A stretch of DNA of 64,000 bases from Candidatus Undinarchaeota archaeon (GCA_964519305.1 CAZFHY010000001.1:218132-282131), one strand, 5' to 3'. Counted from the first letter of the stretch, positions 43,412 through 53,194 are shown. A program made the numbers and translations. The notes: a model not told the origin generated them from the letters alone.

Positions 43412-45571
43412 CTATAAGACCGGCTCAACTATCATGAGCTGGTAATGTTTCAGTTCCTTCTCGAACACCTCACCGACGTCCTCGGTCGTGTCATGGACCC
43501 GCCTTCCATCCCCGCCGAAGATGACGATCCTCGCCTTCGAGGGAGCACCGGGGAGCTTGACGGAGACCGTCGTGTCCTCGGCCGCGAGGAACGCTGAACG
43601 CTCCTTTCCCACGACGATGTGTGAGAAGGTCGGGCCCTGTAGCGTATCCTCAAGCTGGTTGGCCAGGACGTAGGTCATATCCAGATGGAGGTTGTTCCCG
43701 TTGACCAGATACTTGTCGTCCTTGGTCACGAGCAGCGCATGCTCGGCCCCGCCCAACATGCCTGAGAGGACGACCTCCGAACCCACGTTCTCGGTGTGGA
43801 TGCTGCACAGGTCGTAAGGCGGAAGCCCCTTGAACCTGACCTGGTCCCCGCCGTACTCCACCGTAGCAGGAAGGTCCGGGTGGGACGTGTAATCGGTGGT
43901 GATCTTGAAGTACTCCATCACCGTGTTCCAGCCCGGTGCGTCCGGGATGTCATATGCTTGTTGGAGGACCACTGGCACATCGCCCTGGAGCAGTGCAGTT
44001 ATCGCCGGAGAGAGGTCATGGGCCGGGAGCGGCTTGCCCTCTAGAGCCTCGACCGCCTCGTCCGAGGGCTCTCCCGTGGGATCGTCGCAGGCAGCCCGGT
44101 AGTAGGCCCTGCAGTACTCCTCGTCACCGGTACCTTCGCCACACTCGGTGTCGGCCCGCCAGTTCCGGTAGCAGGCCTTCGTGCTCGTGGAGAACACATA
44201 GTAGAGGTCGGCCTCTGCCAGCGGTTCCCAGCTCACAGAGATGTCGTAGCCGCTCGCTTTCAGTGCGTTGACCGCAACGCTGATGCCCCGCGCTGTAGCC
44301 TGATAGACCTGGCCCTCAGAGATTGGCTCCGGCATGTCGATGACCAGGTTGGCCACGGACTTGTCCTCAGGCGTCCTCCGGAGCTCAAGGATGTCCTTGC
44401 CCATGTCCTCCATAAAGTTGAATGGAGGGTCCACGAGCCTGGGGTACAGCTCCTCAGTCCAGACGAAGAGGAAATAGCCCCACAGGTCGGGGTACTGGAC
44501 GGTCTTGTAGAGGAATATGTTCTTCTCGAACCCTGCCATGTCGAACGGGAAGCCCCAGCCAACGGCCGCCGTGATCATGGAGGGCTTGCCGTGTCGCCGA
44601 GCGATGCCGTGGATGACGTCGTGGGCCTCCAGATCGCCGAACCGCTCTGCGAACTCGGTGGCATCCGGTGTGTAGAACGAATAGGCGTAGCTGTTGTGGA
44701 CGGCGCCGTGCCCCTTAGGCTGTACACCACCGGCATGGAAGTACATGGAGCCCAGTTCGGTCGCCTTGGCCTCGATAGCGTCGACGTACTCGTCTGCGAA
44801 CGCCTCGGAGTAGACCGCCATTATCTTGTAGCCGGTTATCAGCTCCTCCACGAGCGCCTCCATGTCCTCCACGCTCATCATGTTGGGTATCTCCTCGCCC
44901 GTCGCGGGATCGGTGGTGACCTCGACCTTTCCGGGAGCGTTGATGTTCCGGTGCGCGATGGTCTCGAGGTTGATGATGACAGGGATGCCCCGCTGCTCGG
45001 CCTCCTCGGTGATGACCGCAAGATGGTCCCCGTCCATGGGGGTCCACTTCCGTTCCCTGAGGATCGTGGAGGTCGACATGTACTTCTGGTCGAGCGTCGG
45101 GACCTCTACCAGTATCATGTTGTACCCCTGGTCCTGGATGTAGTCGAAGATGGGGCCCACGTTCTCGCTGAGCTCTTCGAACGTATCGACGCTGTACTCT
45201 TCAGGCCAGGCCTCCCAGTAGAAGAGGAAGTAGGGAACAGGACCCTCGTCCGGTGGGATGGTCGGAGCAGGCGTGGGCTCTTCGGCCGGTGTAGGCTCTG
45301 GCTCCTCGGTCGGCTCGGGTGTTGGAACCTCTGTCGGTTCAGGTGAAGGCTCCCCCGTAGGTCCTTGTGAGGGTATCTGCGTGGGCGTCGGTGGCTCCTC
45401 GGTGGGCGCTGGCGCCACCTCCGTGGGTACCGGCTCCGGTGCTTCAGTGGGAGCAGGCCCGGGGGCCTCGGTGGGCGCGGGAGGGGCATCATCTCCTCCG
45501 GTACATCCCATGAGGGCGACGGTCAGTGCCATCAGTAGAACGATGATGCTAAGGCGGCTCCTTGGTCCCAT
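43412..45571 (-). CDS. Acidic lipoprotein with Pro/Thr/Glu linker; possible glycoside-hydrolase-like barrel
   Basis: Lipobox VALMGC, ~90-aa PAPTE/PTEE linker, alpha/beta core. Function inferred only. Confidence 0.7.
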   Translation of the reverse strand: MGPRSRLSIIVLLMALTVALMGCTGGDDAPPAPTEAPGPAPTEAPEPVPTEVAPAPTEEPPTPTQIPSQGPTGEPSPEPTEVPTPEPTEEPEPTPAEEPTPAPTIPPDEGPVPYFLFYWEAWPEEYSVDTFEELSENVGPIFDYIQDQGYNMILVEVPTLDQKYMSTSTILRERKWTPMDGDHLAVITEEAEQRGIPVIINLETIAHRNINAPGKVEVTTDPATGEEIPNMMSVEDMEALVEELITGYKIMAVYSEAFADEYVDAIEAKATELGSMYFHAGGVQPKGHGAVHNSYAYSFYTPDATEFAERFGDLEAHDVIHGIARRHGKPSMITAAVGWGFPFDMAGFEKNIFLYKTVQYPDLWGYFLFVWTEELYPRLVDPPFNFMEDMGKDILELRRTPEDKSVANLVIDMPEPISEGQVYQATARGISVAVNALKASGYDISVSWEPLAEADLYYVFSTSTKACYRNWRADTECGEGTGDEEYCRAYYRAACDDPTGEPSDEAVEALEGKPLPAHDLSPAITALLQGDVPVVLQQAYDIPDAPGWNTVMEYFKITTDYTSHPDLPATVEYGGDQVRFKGLPPYDLCSIHTENVGSEVVLSGMLGGAEHALLVTKDDKYLVNGNNLHLDMTYVLANQLEDTLQGPTFSHIVVGKERSAFLAAEDTTVSVKLPGAPSKARIVIFGGDGRRVHDTTEDVGEVFEKELKHYQLMIVEPVL

Positions 45572-45628
45572 GGTGCCGGTGACGTCCGCTCGTTTTTTTA
45601 AATGGAACGCCACGGGCGTATACGGTAT

Positions 45629-46096
45629 CTATACCCGTTCTTGTTCCTTCTTCTGCACGATGTACAGGTAGCTGTCTATGATCTCGGTGCTGTCCTCGGT
45701 CCGGAAGAGGTACACGAAGCTCTGGCTCTCTCCAACGTCCTTGGGGGACCAGATGGAGGAAGTGGCACCGGGCAGGGCGAACCGCTTCCCGAACACCGAG
45801 TACGTCTTATCCACACGTAACTCCTTGTCCGTCTCCTTGAACCGGTAGCCGTGCATCTCCGCCGCCTCGGCGAGGGCCCCGGTGTCAAGGTCGTTGACGA
45901 GGAGCATGTCCAGAGCGGTGTCGCCGACCCGGTTGTTCCCGAGGGTGTCGAACGTCACCATCGCGATACCGCCCGGTTCGTCCTTCCCCATGTTCGTGGG
46001 GAACACCATCTTCGAGCTCCGGTCGGTCGGGTCCCTGCTACCCTCGTACATACCGATCATACCGGCATAGTCCGTCGCGTCCTCGATGTCGTACAT
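45629..46096 (-). CDS. Hypothetical protein
   Basis: SD AGGAG before ATG 46096; typical codon usage. Confidence 0.65.
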   Translation of the reverse strand: MYDIEDATDYAGMIGMYEGSRDPTDRSSKMVFPTNMGKDEPGGIAMVTFDTLGNNRVGDTALDMLLVNDLDTGALAEAAEMHGYRFKETDKELRVDKTYSVFGKRFALPGATSSIWSPKDVGESQSFVYLFRTEDSTEIIDSYLYIVQKKEQERV

Positions 46097-46108
46097 GGTC
46101 AACAACTC

Positions 46109-46510
46109 CTAGATATCGTACTCTGTCTCGAGCACACCGTCCCACAGCTCGTGGGTGGCGGACGAGGTGAAGTGCATGTTCAAGGCCAGCCCCGTGTCGT
46201 ACCTGGCATAGCCAGCGGGATCGTCCCGGGCCTGCCCGGGATACTTCTCCGGATGGGCGGCTATGTCCTCCGCATAGCCGTGGAGGAAGCTTTCGGCCTC
46301 GTCCTTGTCGTCGATGGTCCTGATGGCATAGATGACGATGTCCTCGAGCAGCTTACCGGTCTCCTGGTCGGTGAGCCGAGCCTGCAGCTGTTGGTACTTG
46401 TTCCCGCCAGCGGCAGCTACCTCCTCCTCGAGCTCCTTGCGAGCCTTGATCTTTTCGAAGATGCCATACCACGCGTCCGGTATCCTGCTCTCGCCATCGT
46501 CAGCGTCCAT
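46109..46510 (-). CDS. Hypothetical acidic helical protein
   Basis: 133-aa ORF. TATA-like TTTAAG ~30 nt upstream on the minus strand. Confidence 0.65.
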   Translation of the reverse strand: MDADDGESRIPDAWYGIFEKIKARKELEEEVAAAGGNKYQQLQARLTDQETGKLLEDIVIYAIRTIDDKDEAESFLHGYAEDIAAHPEKYPGQARDDPAGYARYDTGLALNMHFTSSATHELWDGVLETEYDI

Positions 46511-46609
46511 GGCGGTCGAACGCCCAGGATTTGGTTCTTAAATCTGGACTTGGGGGCGGGCGGTCCCGGAATCCCAATCCATTAAAAGGAAAGGGTCCAC
46601 AGGGAGTCC

Positions 46610-47320
46610 ATGTCTGGCAGCGGTCCGGGCCTGTTCAGGGCACTGAAGCGAGCAGCGGGGATGGAGTCGACAAGCGCTGGCCCGGGCGCCGGTGGTCAGG
46701 ACATGAGCGCCATCGGTCTCTACCACACAAGCACGAAGATCGGCGACATGTCGTTCCAGACCGTGAAGGACGTCGCGTCGTTCAAAGGAAAGGTCCTTCT
46801 CATCGTGAAGCCCAAGAAACCGCTCGGTCAGGCTGAGGTGCAGGCCATCGTCCAGCGGGTCCAGAACGGTCTTGGTGTCCTCCTCGTCGGCGACGGTGGT
46901 GAGGACAACTCGAACCTCAATCCGCTCGCAATCTGGTTCGGTGTGCAGTTCAACAACGACATCGTCTCTTCTTTCGACAAGATGGGGGCCACGACCAACA
47001 CGGGATACACCTATGCCCGGGAGCACGCCATCACCGAACCACTCCATATCTACACTATCGACAAGAGCTGTTCGCTCCGGTTGCGGGACTGGAACCGTCA
47101 GGTCCTGTTGTTCTCCAGTCAGGTGAGCTTCTCGGACGTGGACGGTAACGAGGCCTGGGACAACGGTGAGTACCTCGGCTCGTGCGCGGTGATGGCACAG
47201 GCGGAGTACGGACGGGGACGAGCCGTCTTCATCGGTGACGCTATCATGTTCGAGCGACGCAAGCCTAACGACATGATGCTCCTGAACCTGGTCGCCAAGT
47301 GGCTCGGTCAGGAGATGTGA
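46610..47320 (+). CDS. GIFT/DUF4350-like (GldG/IFT52-type, class I GATase-like fold) domain protein
   Basis: LLIVKPKKPLGQAEVQAIVQRVQNGLGVLLVGD, NLNPLAIWFGVQFNND, YGRGRAVFIGDAIMF. Confidence 0.7.
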   Translation: MSGSGPGLFRALKRAAGMESTSAGPGAGGQDMSAIGLYHTSTKIGDMSFQTVKDVASFKGKVLLIVKPKKPLGQAEVQAIVQRVQNGLGVLLVGDGGEDNSNLNPLAIWFGVQFNNDIVSSFDKMGATTNTGYTYAREHAITEPLHIYTIDKSCSLRLRDWNRQVLLFSSQVSFSDVDGNEAWDNGEYLGSCAVMAQAEYGRGRAVFIGDAIMFERRKPNDMMLLNLVAKWLGQEM

Positions 47321-47412
47321 TAATACTGGTTTCTCCAATCTAGATTACTATTGGTACTAAAGCATGTTTTAGTACCCATCAGTCTTTCGCGCCCTGTGGC
47401 GCCTACTGCTGT

Positions 47413-47682
47413 TCAGCAGTCGTAGAACCAGCCGCCGACAGCGCCTACTCCCGCGAGCCCGACCTCCATGGCGTAGTCCACGGTCTGCAGCTCGGCGTCG
47501 GTGAGGTACGCTATCTTCTCGTCGATCCCGGTGTAATGGGTGATGAGCATTCCTAGCCCGTAGCCGACCAGACCGCCAGCGGCGACCTCCAATACGCGCA
47601 TATCCTCGGCAGCGGCGTACCCGGTAGTTGAAGCGGCCTCTGAGGTCCCGATGGTGTCAAGCTCGATGTCCATGATGATCAT
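47413..47682 (-). CDS. Small hypothetical membrane protein
   Basis: Two Gly-rich hydrophobic segments. TATA-like TTAAA ~30 nt upstream. Confidence 0.5.
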   Translation of the reverse strand: MIIMDIELDTIGTSEAASTTGYAAAEDMRVLEVAAGGLVGYGLGMLITHYTGIDEKIAYLTDAELQTVDYAMEVGLAGVGAVGGWFYDC

Positions 47683-47798
47683 CCTTGATGTGCGCAACGG
47701 GCATGGGGGCGCGTTTAAGAATGTTTGCCCGACTCGGAGCGTGCTACCTGCGTCGCCGATATGCATCCTTTAATTATTGACGGTCCTTCTTCTGGACG

Positions 47799-49757
47799 AT
47801 GGAAGATACGTCGAACGCACCATCCATCTGGCATCATCTGATCACCGCCGTGGGCTTCGTTGTGATGACCTTGGGATTGGCGTCCTCGGTCACCCTCTCC
47901 ATGCATGCTTGGATTAGGGTCGATCAACCGACCTCTATCCCGCTCGTACTGTGGTACTTCGCTCGACTCGATCCCCTCCTGATCCTCATGCTCACTGGAC
48001 CGGGAGCAGGGATCATCCTGTTCCAGCGCTGGCGGAACGGCCCCACCCGCTCCCACTTCAAGGTGGGTGTCGCTGTGACAGTCATCGGATTGCTACTTTC
48101 CACAGTATTCTTTGTACAGGCCGGAGCGCGGACCCCTCACGCTGAAGAATATCGTCTTTGGTTGTTGGATCTCGAACAGGATGACTGGGAACAATGGCAG
48201 ACCTCAGGGATACCGAGTGAGCACCAGGGTTTCATTCGTGAAGCGGAGGTCAGCATCGACCTGGATTTTCATGACGCTATGGAGAAGCTTCGGGACCATC
48301 AATCCTTGCTCAATAAGGGCGAGGGTGGTTTCTCCGCGAGAGGGCTCATGCTCTTCTTTATAGGCATAGTTGGGCTGTTCCTGGCGTTCATCAACCGCAC
48401 AGCTCGTGACATGGCCGAAGGTACGACTGGGGTGGAGGGCGGAGACCTCCCCGATGAGGTCCCTACGTCGGGCACCGTAGCGTCATCTCACGTGGAGAAC
48501 ACCTCTCTTTGGTATCCCGCCCTCACTATCGTTGGATGCGTGCTGATGACCATCGGGCTGTTCGCCGCATATTTCGTTGTACGCAATACCTTCAGCTCGC
48601 TATCGGAGATCTCCATACATACCGCTGTGCTAGACCTCGTTCTCGTCGTCCTGTTCGCCGGCCCGGGAGCGGGCCTCATCCTCTTCCAGGTCCGACGTCA
48701 AGGTCCCTCGAACATGTACATCAGGTACGGTGCCGCCGCTGGTATCATCGGATTGATGGCCGCCATGACGTTCTATCTAGCTGGTTGGGCGATGGCCGCT
48801 GACGCCAGTGAGTTCAATGCATTCGTGGTCGAACTGGACAAGGATGATTGGGAGCGGTGGCAGGTCTCGGGAGTCCCTCGGGAGTATGAAGACTATGTTC
48901 TCATCAAGGGCTTTCTGGGCACACACGATAACTATAACCATGCATTGAAGAGGCTCACAGAGCACCGGGATGAGCTGGTTAAGAGCAGAACGAGCCTTCT
49001 CGCCAGAGGGAGCTTCTGTCTGGCCATCGCCATATCCGGGCTTTTTCTGGCGGTAGCGAACTATGTAAACATGTCCAAGAGCGAAGGGCCGAGAGCAGAG
49101 GAAGAGAAGCGTACGCCCGCTCCCGAAACACCGACGGAGACCGTTCTGGCAGAAGAGTCCGCACAGCCCGCCGAAACACGGGAGAAGGTCGAAAAGGAGG
49201 TCGAGGCCCTTCCCCCCGAGAAGGAGAAAGAGGAGAAGGAAAAGGAGCCTCCCGCCAAGGCCCCGGTGGCCGAGACTGCACCCCCCTCCTCATCCGCAAG
49301 TGGGGGCAACACCCCTCTAATCGCTGCAGGTCTGATCATCGCGATCCTTGCGATAGTGTACCTGTCGGGCATGACCGGTCCGTCACACCCGGGCCCGCAC
49401 GGCAAGGTCGTCTCCTGGGAGCCCTCCACGTTCACACTCAACACGCCTTCCACGATCACCGCCACGTTCACCAACGACGGCACCGATAAGGGGACGTTCA
49501 TCATCTTCGGTCAGTTCGTAAAGAACCGCGTCATGCATGTTGCTCCGTCCACGGCGAAGTGGGAGAAGGAGGACCTTACCAAGACGGTGGACCTCGCTCC
49601 AGGAGAGGAGAAGACGATTAAAGCGTTCACCCTCACACCGAAAGAGCGACCTACGGGGGACTTCGGGTTCAGGGTGCGCATCTATCGCACTGACACCGCG
49701 GGCGAGCGGGAGAAAATTGAGGACAGTACAATCTACAAAGACGTGACTGTGTCCTGA
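47799..49757 (+). CDS. Polytopic membrane protein: duplicated 4-TM unit, charged linker, extra TM, C-terminal CARDB/Ig-like domain
   Basis: GPGAGIILFQ/GPGAGLILFQ and DDWEQWQTSGIP/DDWERWQVSGVP repeats; TITATFTNDGTDKGTF...VDLAPGEEKTI. Confidence 0.8.
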   Translation: MEDTSNAPSIWHHLITAVGFVVMTLGLASSVTLSMHAWIRVDQPTSIPLVLWYFARLDPLLILMLTGPGAGIILFQRWRNGPTRSHFKVGVAVTVIGLLLSTVFFVQAGARTPHAEEYRLWLLDLEQDDWEQWQTSGIPSEHQGFIREAEVSIDLDFHDAMEKLRDHQSLLNKGEGGFSARGLMLFFIGIVGLFLAFINRTARDMAEGTTGVEGGDLPDEVPTSGTVASSHVENTSLWYPALTIVGCVLMTIGLFAAYFVVRNTFSSLSEISIHTAVLDLVLVVLFAGPGAGLILFQVRRQGPSNMYIRYGAAAGIIGLMAAMTFYLAGWAMAADASEFNAFVVELDKDDWERWQVSGVPREYEDYVLIKGFLGTHDNYNHALKRLTEHRDELVKSRTSLLARGSFCLAIAISGLFLAVANYVNMSKSEGPRAEEEKRTPAPETPTETVLAEESAQPAETREKVEKEVEALPPEKEKEEKEKEPPAKAPVAETAPPSSSASGGNTPLIAAGLIIAILAIVYLSGMTGPSHPGPHGKVVSWEPSTFTLNTPSTITATFTNDGTDKGTFIIFGQFVKNRVMHVAPSTAKWEKEDLTKTVDLAPGEEKTIKAFTLTPKERPTGDFGFRVRIYRTDTAGEREKIEDSTIYKDVTVS

Positions 49758-49770
49758 CCAACGTTCCTGC

Positions 49771-50151
49771 CTAGAGGTACGCCGACCTGACCTGTCGGGA
49801 GTATTCCTTTCCCTCGGCCCTGATCGACACGGTGCAGGTGTAGTGCCGGGTGTCGATATTGTCCACTCTCAGGTCGGTCCCGATCGTGACGGCCTCGATG
49901 CTGTCCCGGGATATGTCCCTGTCCCCGATGGCCTTGGTGAACCAGTCCTGGTACATCACTATGGCCTCCATGACCACCTTTGAGCCAAGTCCAGAGGGTG
50001 TGATGCTCCCCTTCAGAAGATCGATCTCGAAGTGCCCCGTCAGCTCGGGAGGTCTGGACTCTATGTACTTCAGGAAACTGCGGTTCGTAACGCTCACGAA
50101 GCTGTCAGCAAGGTCGTATGCGATCCCTTTCAGTCGGATGATTTTCGCCAT
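49771..50151 (-). CDS. Hypothetical protein
   Basis: 126-aa ORF, SD-like GGGGGAAG upstream. Confidence 0.65.
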   Translation of the reverse strand: MAKIIRLKGIAYDLADSFVSVTNRSFLKYIESRPPELTGHFEIDLLKGSITPSGLGSKVVMEAIVMYQDWFTKAIGDRDISRDSIEAVTIGTDLRVDNIDTRHYTCTVSIRAEGKEYSRQVRSAYL

Positions 50152-50273
50152 GATACTTCCCCCGGATCCCCGAGGTCTGATCTACGGTCACATTCAAGAG
50201 ATTATCGCTGAGCGAACGCTCCGCCACACTCGGATATTTAATCATTGCACTCCGATCAACCTTCGGTGGTACC

Positions 50274-50453
50274 ATGACCCAGCGTGCCGTTCAAGGCCTT
50301 TTCAACGGGCTTTTCGCCCTTACCGACATCAGGTTCCTTCTCAGGGATACAAAACCTTCCTACTCTCTTGACGAGGAGCAGCAGAAGCTCGTCCGCTCGG
50401 CGCTCGAGAAGGTGAGACGTTCGGCGGACATCATCGAGGAGGAGCTCTTATGA
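50274..50453 (+). CDS. SepCysN-like small protein (SepCysE N-terminal-like partner of SepCysS)
   Basis: 59-aa ORF below the track cutoff: MTQRAVQGLFNGLFALTDIRFLLRDTKPSYSLDEEQQKLVRSALEKVRRSADIIEEELL. TATTTAAT upstream; its TGA overlaps the pscS ATG. Confidence 0.7.
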   Translation: MTQRAVQGLFNGLFALTDIRFLLRDTKPSYSLDEEQQKLVRSALEKVRRSADIIEEELL

Positions 50454-51631
50454 CCACCGTGTGCGAGGGCCTAGAGGCCCGGGCCCGCGAGGAGCTGTTC
50501 ATCAACATACAGCCCATCCAGGCTGCGGGCAGGCTCACATCCGACGCCATGAAGGCGCTCATCGCGTACGCTGACGGCTATTCAACATGCGACAACTGTC
50601 TCAAGCCCTTCCGTCTAGACAAGATCACAAGGCCGAACATCGCCGGGTTCCATGATGAGCTCGCCCGGTTCATCGGAGTGGACGTGGCGCGCGCGATGCC
50701 GGGTGCCCGGCGAGGGTTCCAGGCGACGTGCCACTCGCTCGTGAGACCCGGTGACGCGGTGCTGCTCTCTTCGCTGTGCCATTACTCGGAGCTGCTGGCG
50801 GTGGAGAGCGCCGGCGGCGTTCCCCGGGAGGTGCCGCTCGACGAGCATAATCTAATCACTGGCGATGCAGTTGCTGCTACGATCGCTGAGGTCGAAAAGG
50901 AGCTAGGTCGTCCCCCGGCGCTGGCCATGATCGACCAGGTCGACTATCTATTTGGAAACAGGCACGACATCGAGGGCGCTGCGAAGGCATGTCGCGAACA
51001 CAACATCCCTATCCTGTGCAACGGCGCTTACACTGTGGGCGTTATGCCCGTGGACGCCAAGGCGCTGGGTGTCGACCTCGTCACAGGTTCGGGGCACAAG
51101 TCCATGGCATCCCCGGCCCCGTCAGGTGTGCTGGGGGCCAACGGCGAGATCGCTGAGAAGGTGTTCCGCACCACCGCTATTGAGACCGACCGCACCAAGC
51201 GAAGGTTCGGTATCAAGGAAGTAGAGCTCCTGGGGTGCACTCTCATGGGGGGCAACATGCTCGCTATGATGGCATCGTTCCCCACTGTATGTGAGCGCGT
51301 CAAGAGCTGGGACGACGAGCTGGCAAAGGTCAACCACTTCTGCGAGCAGTTCATGCGCATCGATGGCAACCGTGTCCTCTCGGAGATGCCTCGCCGCCAC
51401 ACGCTCACCAAGGTGGACTCGACCGGCACGTTCGACAAGGTCGCCCAGACGCATAAGAAGAAGGGATTCTTCCTCACAAAGGAGTTGCGGAACCGTGGTA
51501 TCGTCGGTGTGTTCCCTGGCGCGACGCATGAGTGGAAGCTCAACACCTACGGACTCACATGGGACCAGGTGCGTCACGTGACCGATTCCTTCCTGGAGAT
51601 CGCGGAGAAGTACGGACTGCCCATCAACTAG
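50450..51631 (+). CDS. pscS: O-phosphoseryl-tRNA:Cys-tRNA synthase (SepCysS)
   Basis: NIQPIQAAGRL, DGYSTCDNC, GARRGF, NGAY, PLP lysine SGHKS, ELLGCT, KLNTYGL. Confidence 0.95.
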   Translation: MTTVCEGLEARAREELFINIQPIQAAGRLTSDAMKALIAYADGYSTCDNCLKPFRLDKITRPNIAGFHDELARFIGVDVARAMPGARRGFQATCHSLVRPGDAVLLSSLCHYSELLAVESAGGVPREVPLDEHNLITGDAVAATIAEVEKELGRPPALAMIDQVDYLFGNRHDIEGAAKACREHNIPILCNGAYTVGVMPVDAKALGVDLVTGSGHKSMASPAPSGVLGANGEIAEKVFRTTAIETDRTKRRFGIKEVELLGCTLMGGNMLAMMASFPTVCERVKSWDDELAKVNHFCEQFMRIDGNRVLSEMPRRHTLTKVDSTGTFDKVAQTHKKKGFFLTKELRNRGIVGVFPGATHEWKLNTYGLTWDQVRHVTDSFLEIAEKYGLPIN

Positions 51632-52344
51632 CCTTCGCTCAGTCGTGCGACGATGTCCGCCTCGACGTCGTCACGGTGTTCGCGGATGTAAGTGACCACG
51701 TCCTCCTCCTTGGGACGCAGGGCGTTTGCCACCGGGTAGGCCGGGAGGAATAGGCACAGCGGCTGGTTCCCTTGGTACGAGCCCTTGGTACCCGGAAGCA
51801 CCTTGAGATAGGTACCCAGCAGGAGTCCCATGCGCTGCAGCATCCGCTCCTCGTCCGCCAGCGACAGGTCGTACGCCGGGGTCAGGTAGGTGATTCCATG
51901 GTCATCGTAGAGCTTACGCAGCTCTTCCAATGACGCTGCCATCTGCTCGGGGTACTGCTCCTGTCCCGCGTTCTCACCACCGCAGGCGTGGCCGATACCG
52001 TTCTCCCTGCAGTACGCGATGGTACGTGCGTGCATTGCCAGCTTGCATCCCATGCATACCGGGAACCACGAACGGGTACGTAGAAACTGCCGATACAGGT
52101 TGTCGCGCTGCAGTTCCCACCACAGTGGCCGGACGTCGAGCACCTTGTGGACGATACGGCCCTCGCCCAGACGCCACCTGAGCTCCCGGACCATGTGTCG
52201 GGGCTTGTGCACGAACCGCAGGAGCGGTGTGTCGAACGTTAGGAGGTGGACTGTGTCGAATTTTTCCGCTGCCAGTACCGCGGCTACTGTGGAGTCAACG
52301 CCTCCTGAGAACAGCACTGCAGCCTCTCCCTCGCGCTCGCCCAT
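51628..52344 (-). CDS. PP-loop ATP pyrophosphatase (adenine nucleotide alpha-hydrolase), paralog 1
   Basis: LFSGGVDST, CMGCKLAMH, NQPLC. Confidence 0.8.
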   Translation of the reverse strand: MGEREGEAAVLFSGGVDSTVAAVLAAEKFDTVHLLTFDTPLLRFVHKPRHMVRELRWRLGEGRIVHKVLDVRPLWWELQRDNLYRQFLRTRSWFPVCMGCKLAMHARTIAYCRENGIGHACGGENAGQEQYPEQMAASLEELRKLYDDHGITYLTPAYDLSLADEERMLQRMGLLLGTYLKVLPGTKGSYQGNQPLCLFLPAYPVANALRPKEEDVVTYIREHRDDVEADIVARLSEG

Positions 52345-52450
52345 GGATAGACGTTGCGAGTGCAAGGCAGCTTTATGTCCCTTTGGGTCGGGCCCCGATC
52401 GAGAGCCGTTAATGCAATGATTTATCAAGCAAGAGCGACTCCACGCATTC

Positions 52451-53194
52451 GTGGCCGAGGACAAGAAGGGTCCGGTGGCGCTGCTCTTCTCGGGCGGCCT
52501 CGACTCGACGACCGCTGCCCTGCGCCTGTCGGAGACGCACGAGCGTGTACACCTGCTGACGTTCTCCCGTGGGTACGGCCACTACTTCCTGGACACGCCC
52601 GGACGCAGATCCGAGGAGCTGCGGAAGGCGGTCGGCGACCGGTTCGAGTACGAGCTCGTCGACATCAAGCCGCTTTTCGAGAAGGTCGTGCTCCAGACAA
52701 TTGTCGCGGACTACAAGAAGTACCGCTCCGGATTCGTGTTCTGCCTGGGGTGCAAAGTATGCATGCACGCAAAGGCGGTCGCATGGTGCCATGAGCACGA
52801 CGTGAAGCTGGTGGCCGACGGTTCCTCGGGGGACACCTCCGTGTTCGTTGAGCAGCGACCCTCGACGCTAAAACTCATCATCGACTTCTACCGTGAGCAC
52901 GGGATCGAGTTCTTCACCCCGGTCTTCGAGCAGACACGAGAGGAGAAGCGCCGTTTCCTGAAGAGCAAGGGTGTCGGTATGGGCACGCGTATAGGTGACC
53001 GGCATGTAGGAGTTCAACCCAAGTGCGTACCCGGCGAACTCTACTACCTTCCGACCGTACTGTTCGGCATCCCGCCCAAACACGAGGACAAGGCCATCGC
53101 CGAGTTCTTCGCCGAGAAGGCTGCCCTGGCACGGGAGTTCCTCGGGCTCGAGGTGGACGAGGGGCCTCAGCCACGCGGTGGGGACACCCGGTAG
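52451..53194 (+). CDS. PP-loop ATP pyrophosphatase, paralog 2
   Basis: LFSGGLDST, CLGCKVCMH, VQPKC. Confidence 0.8.
   Translation: MAEDKKGPVALLFSGGLDSTTAALRLSETHERVHLLTFSRGYGHYFLDTPGRRSEELRKAVGDRFEYELVDIKPLFEKVVLQTIVADYKKYRSGFVFCLGCKVCMHAKAVAWCHEHDVKLVADGSSGDTSVFVEQRPSTLKLIIDFYREHGIEFFTPVFEQTREEKRRFLKSKGVGMGTRIGDRHVGVQPKCVPGELYYLPTVLFGIPPKHEDKAIAEFFAEKAALAREFLGLEVDEGPQPRGGDTR

Noticed and set aside
51628-53194. queC annotation
   Set aside because: The C-terminal Zn-binding Cys cluster is missing and no other preQ0 genes are nearby.
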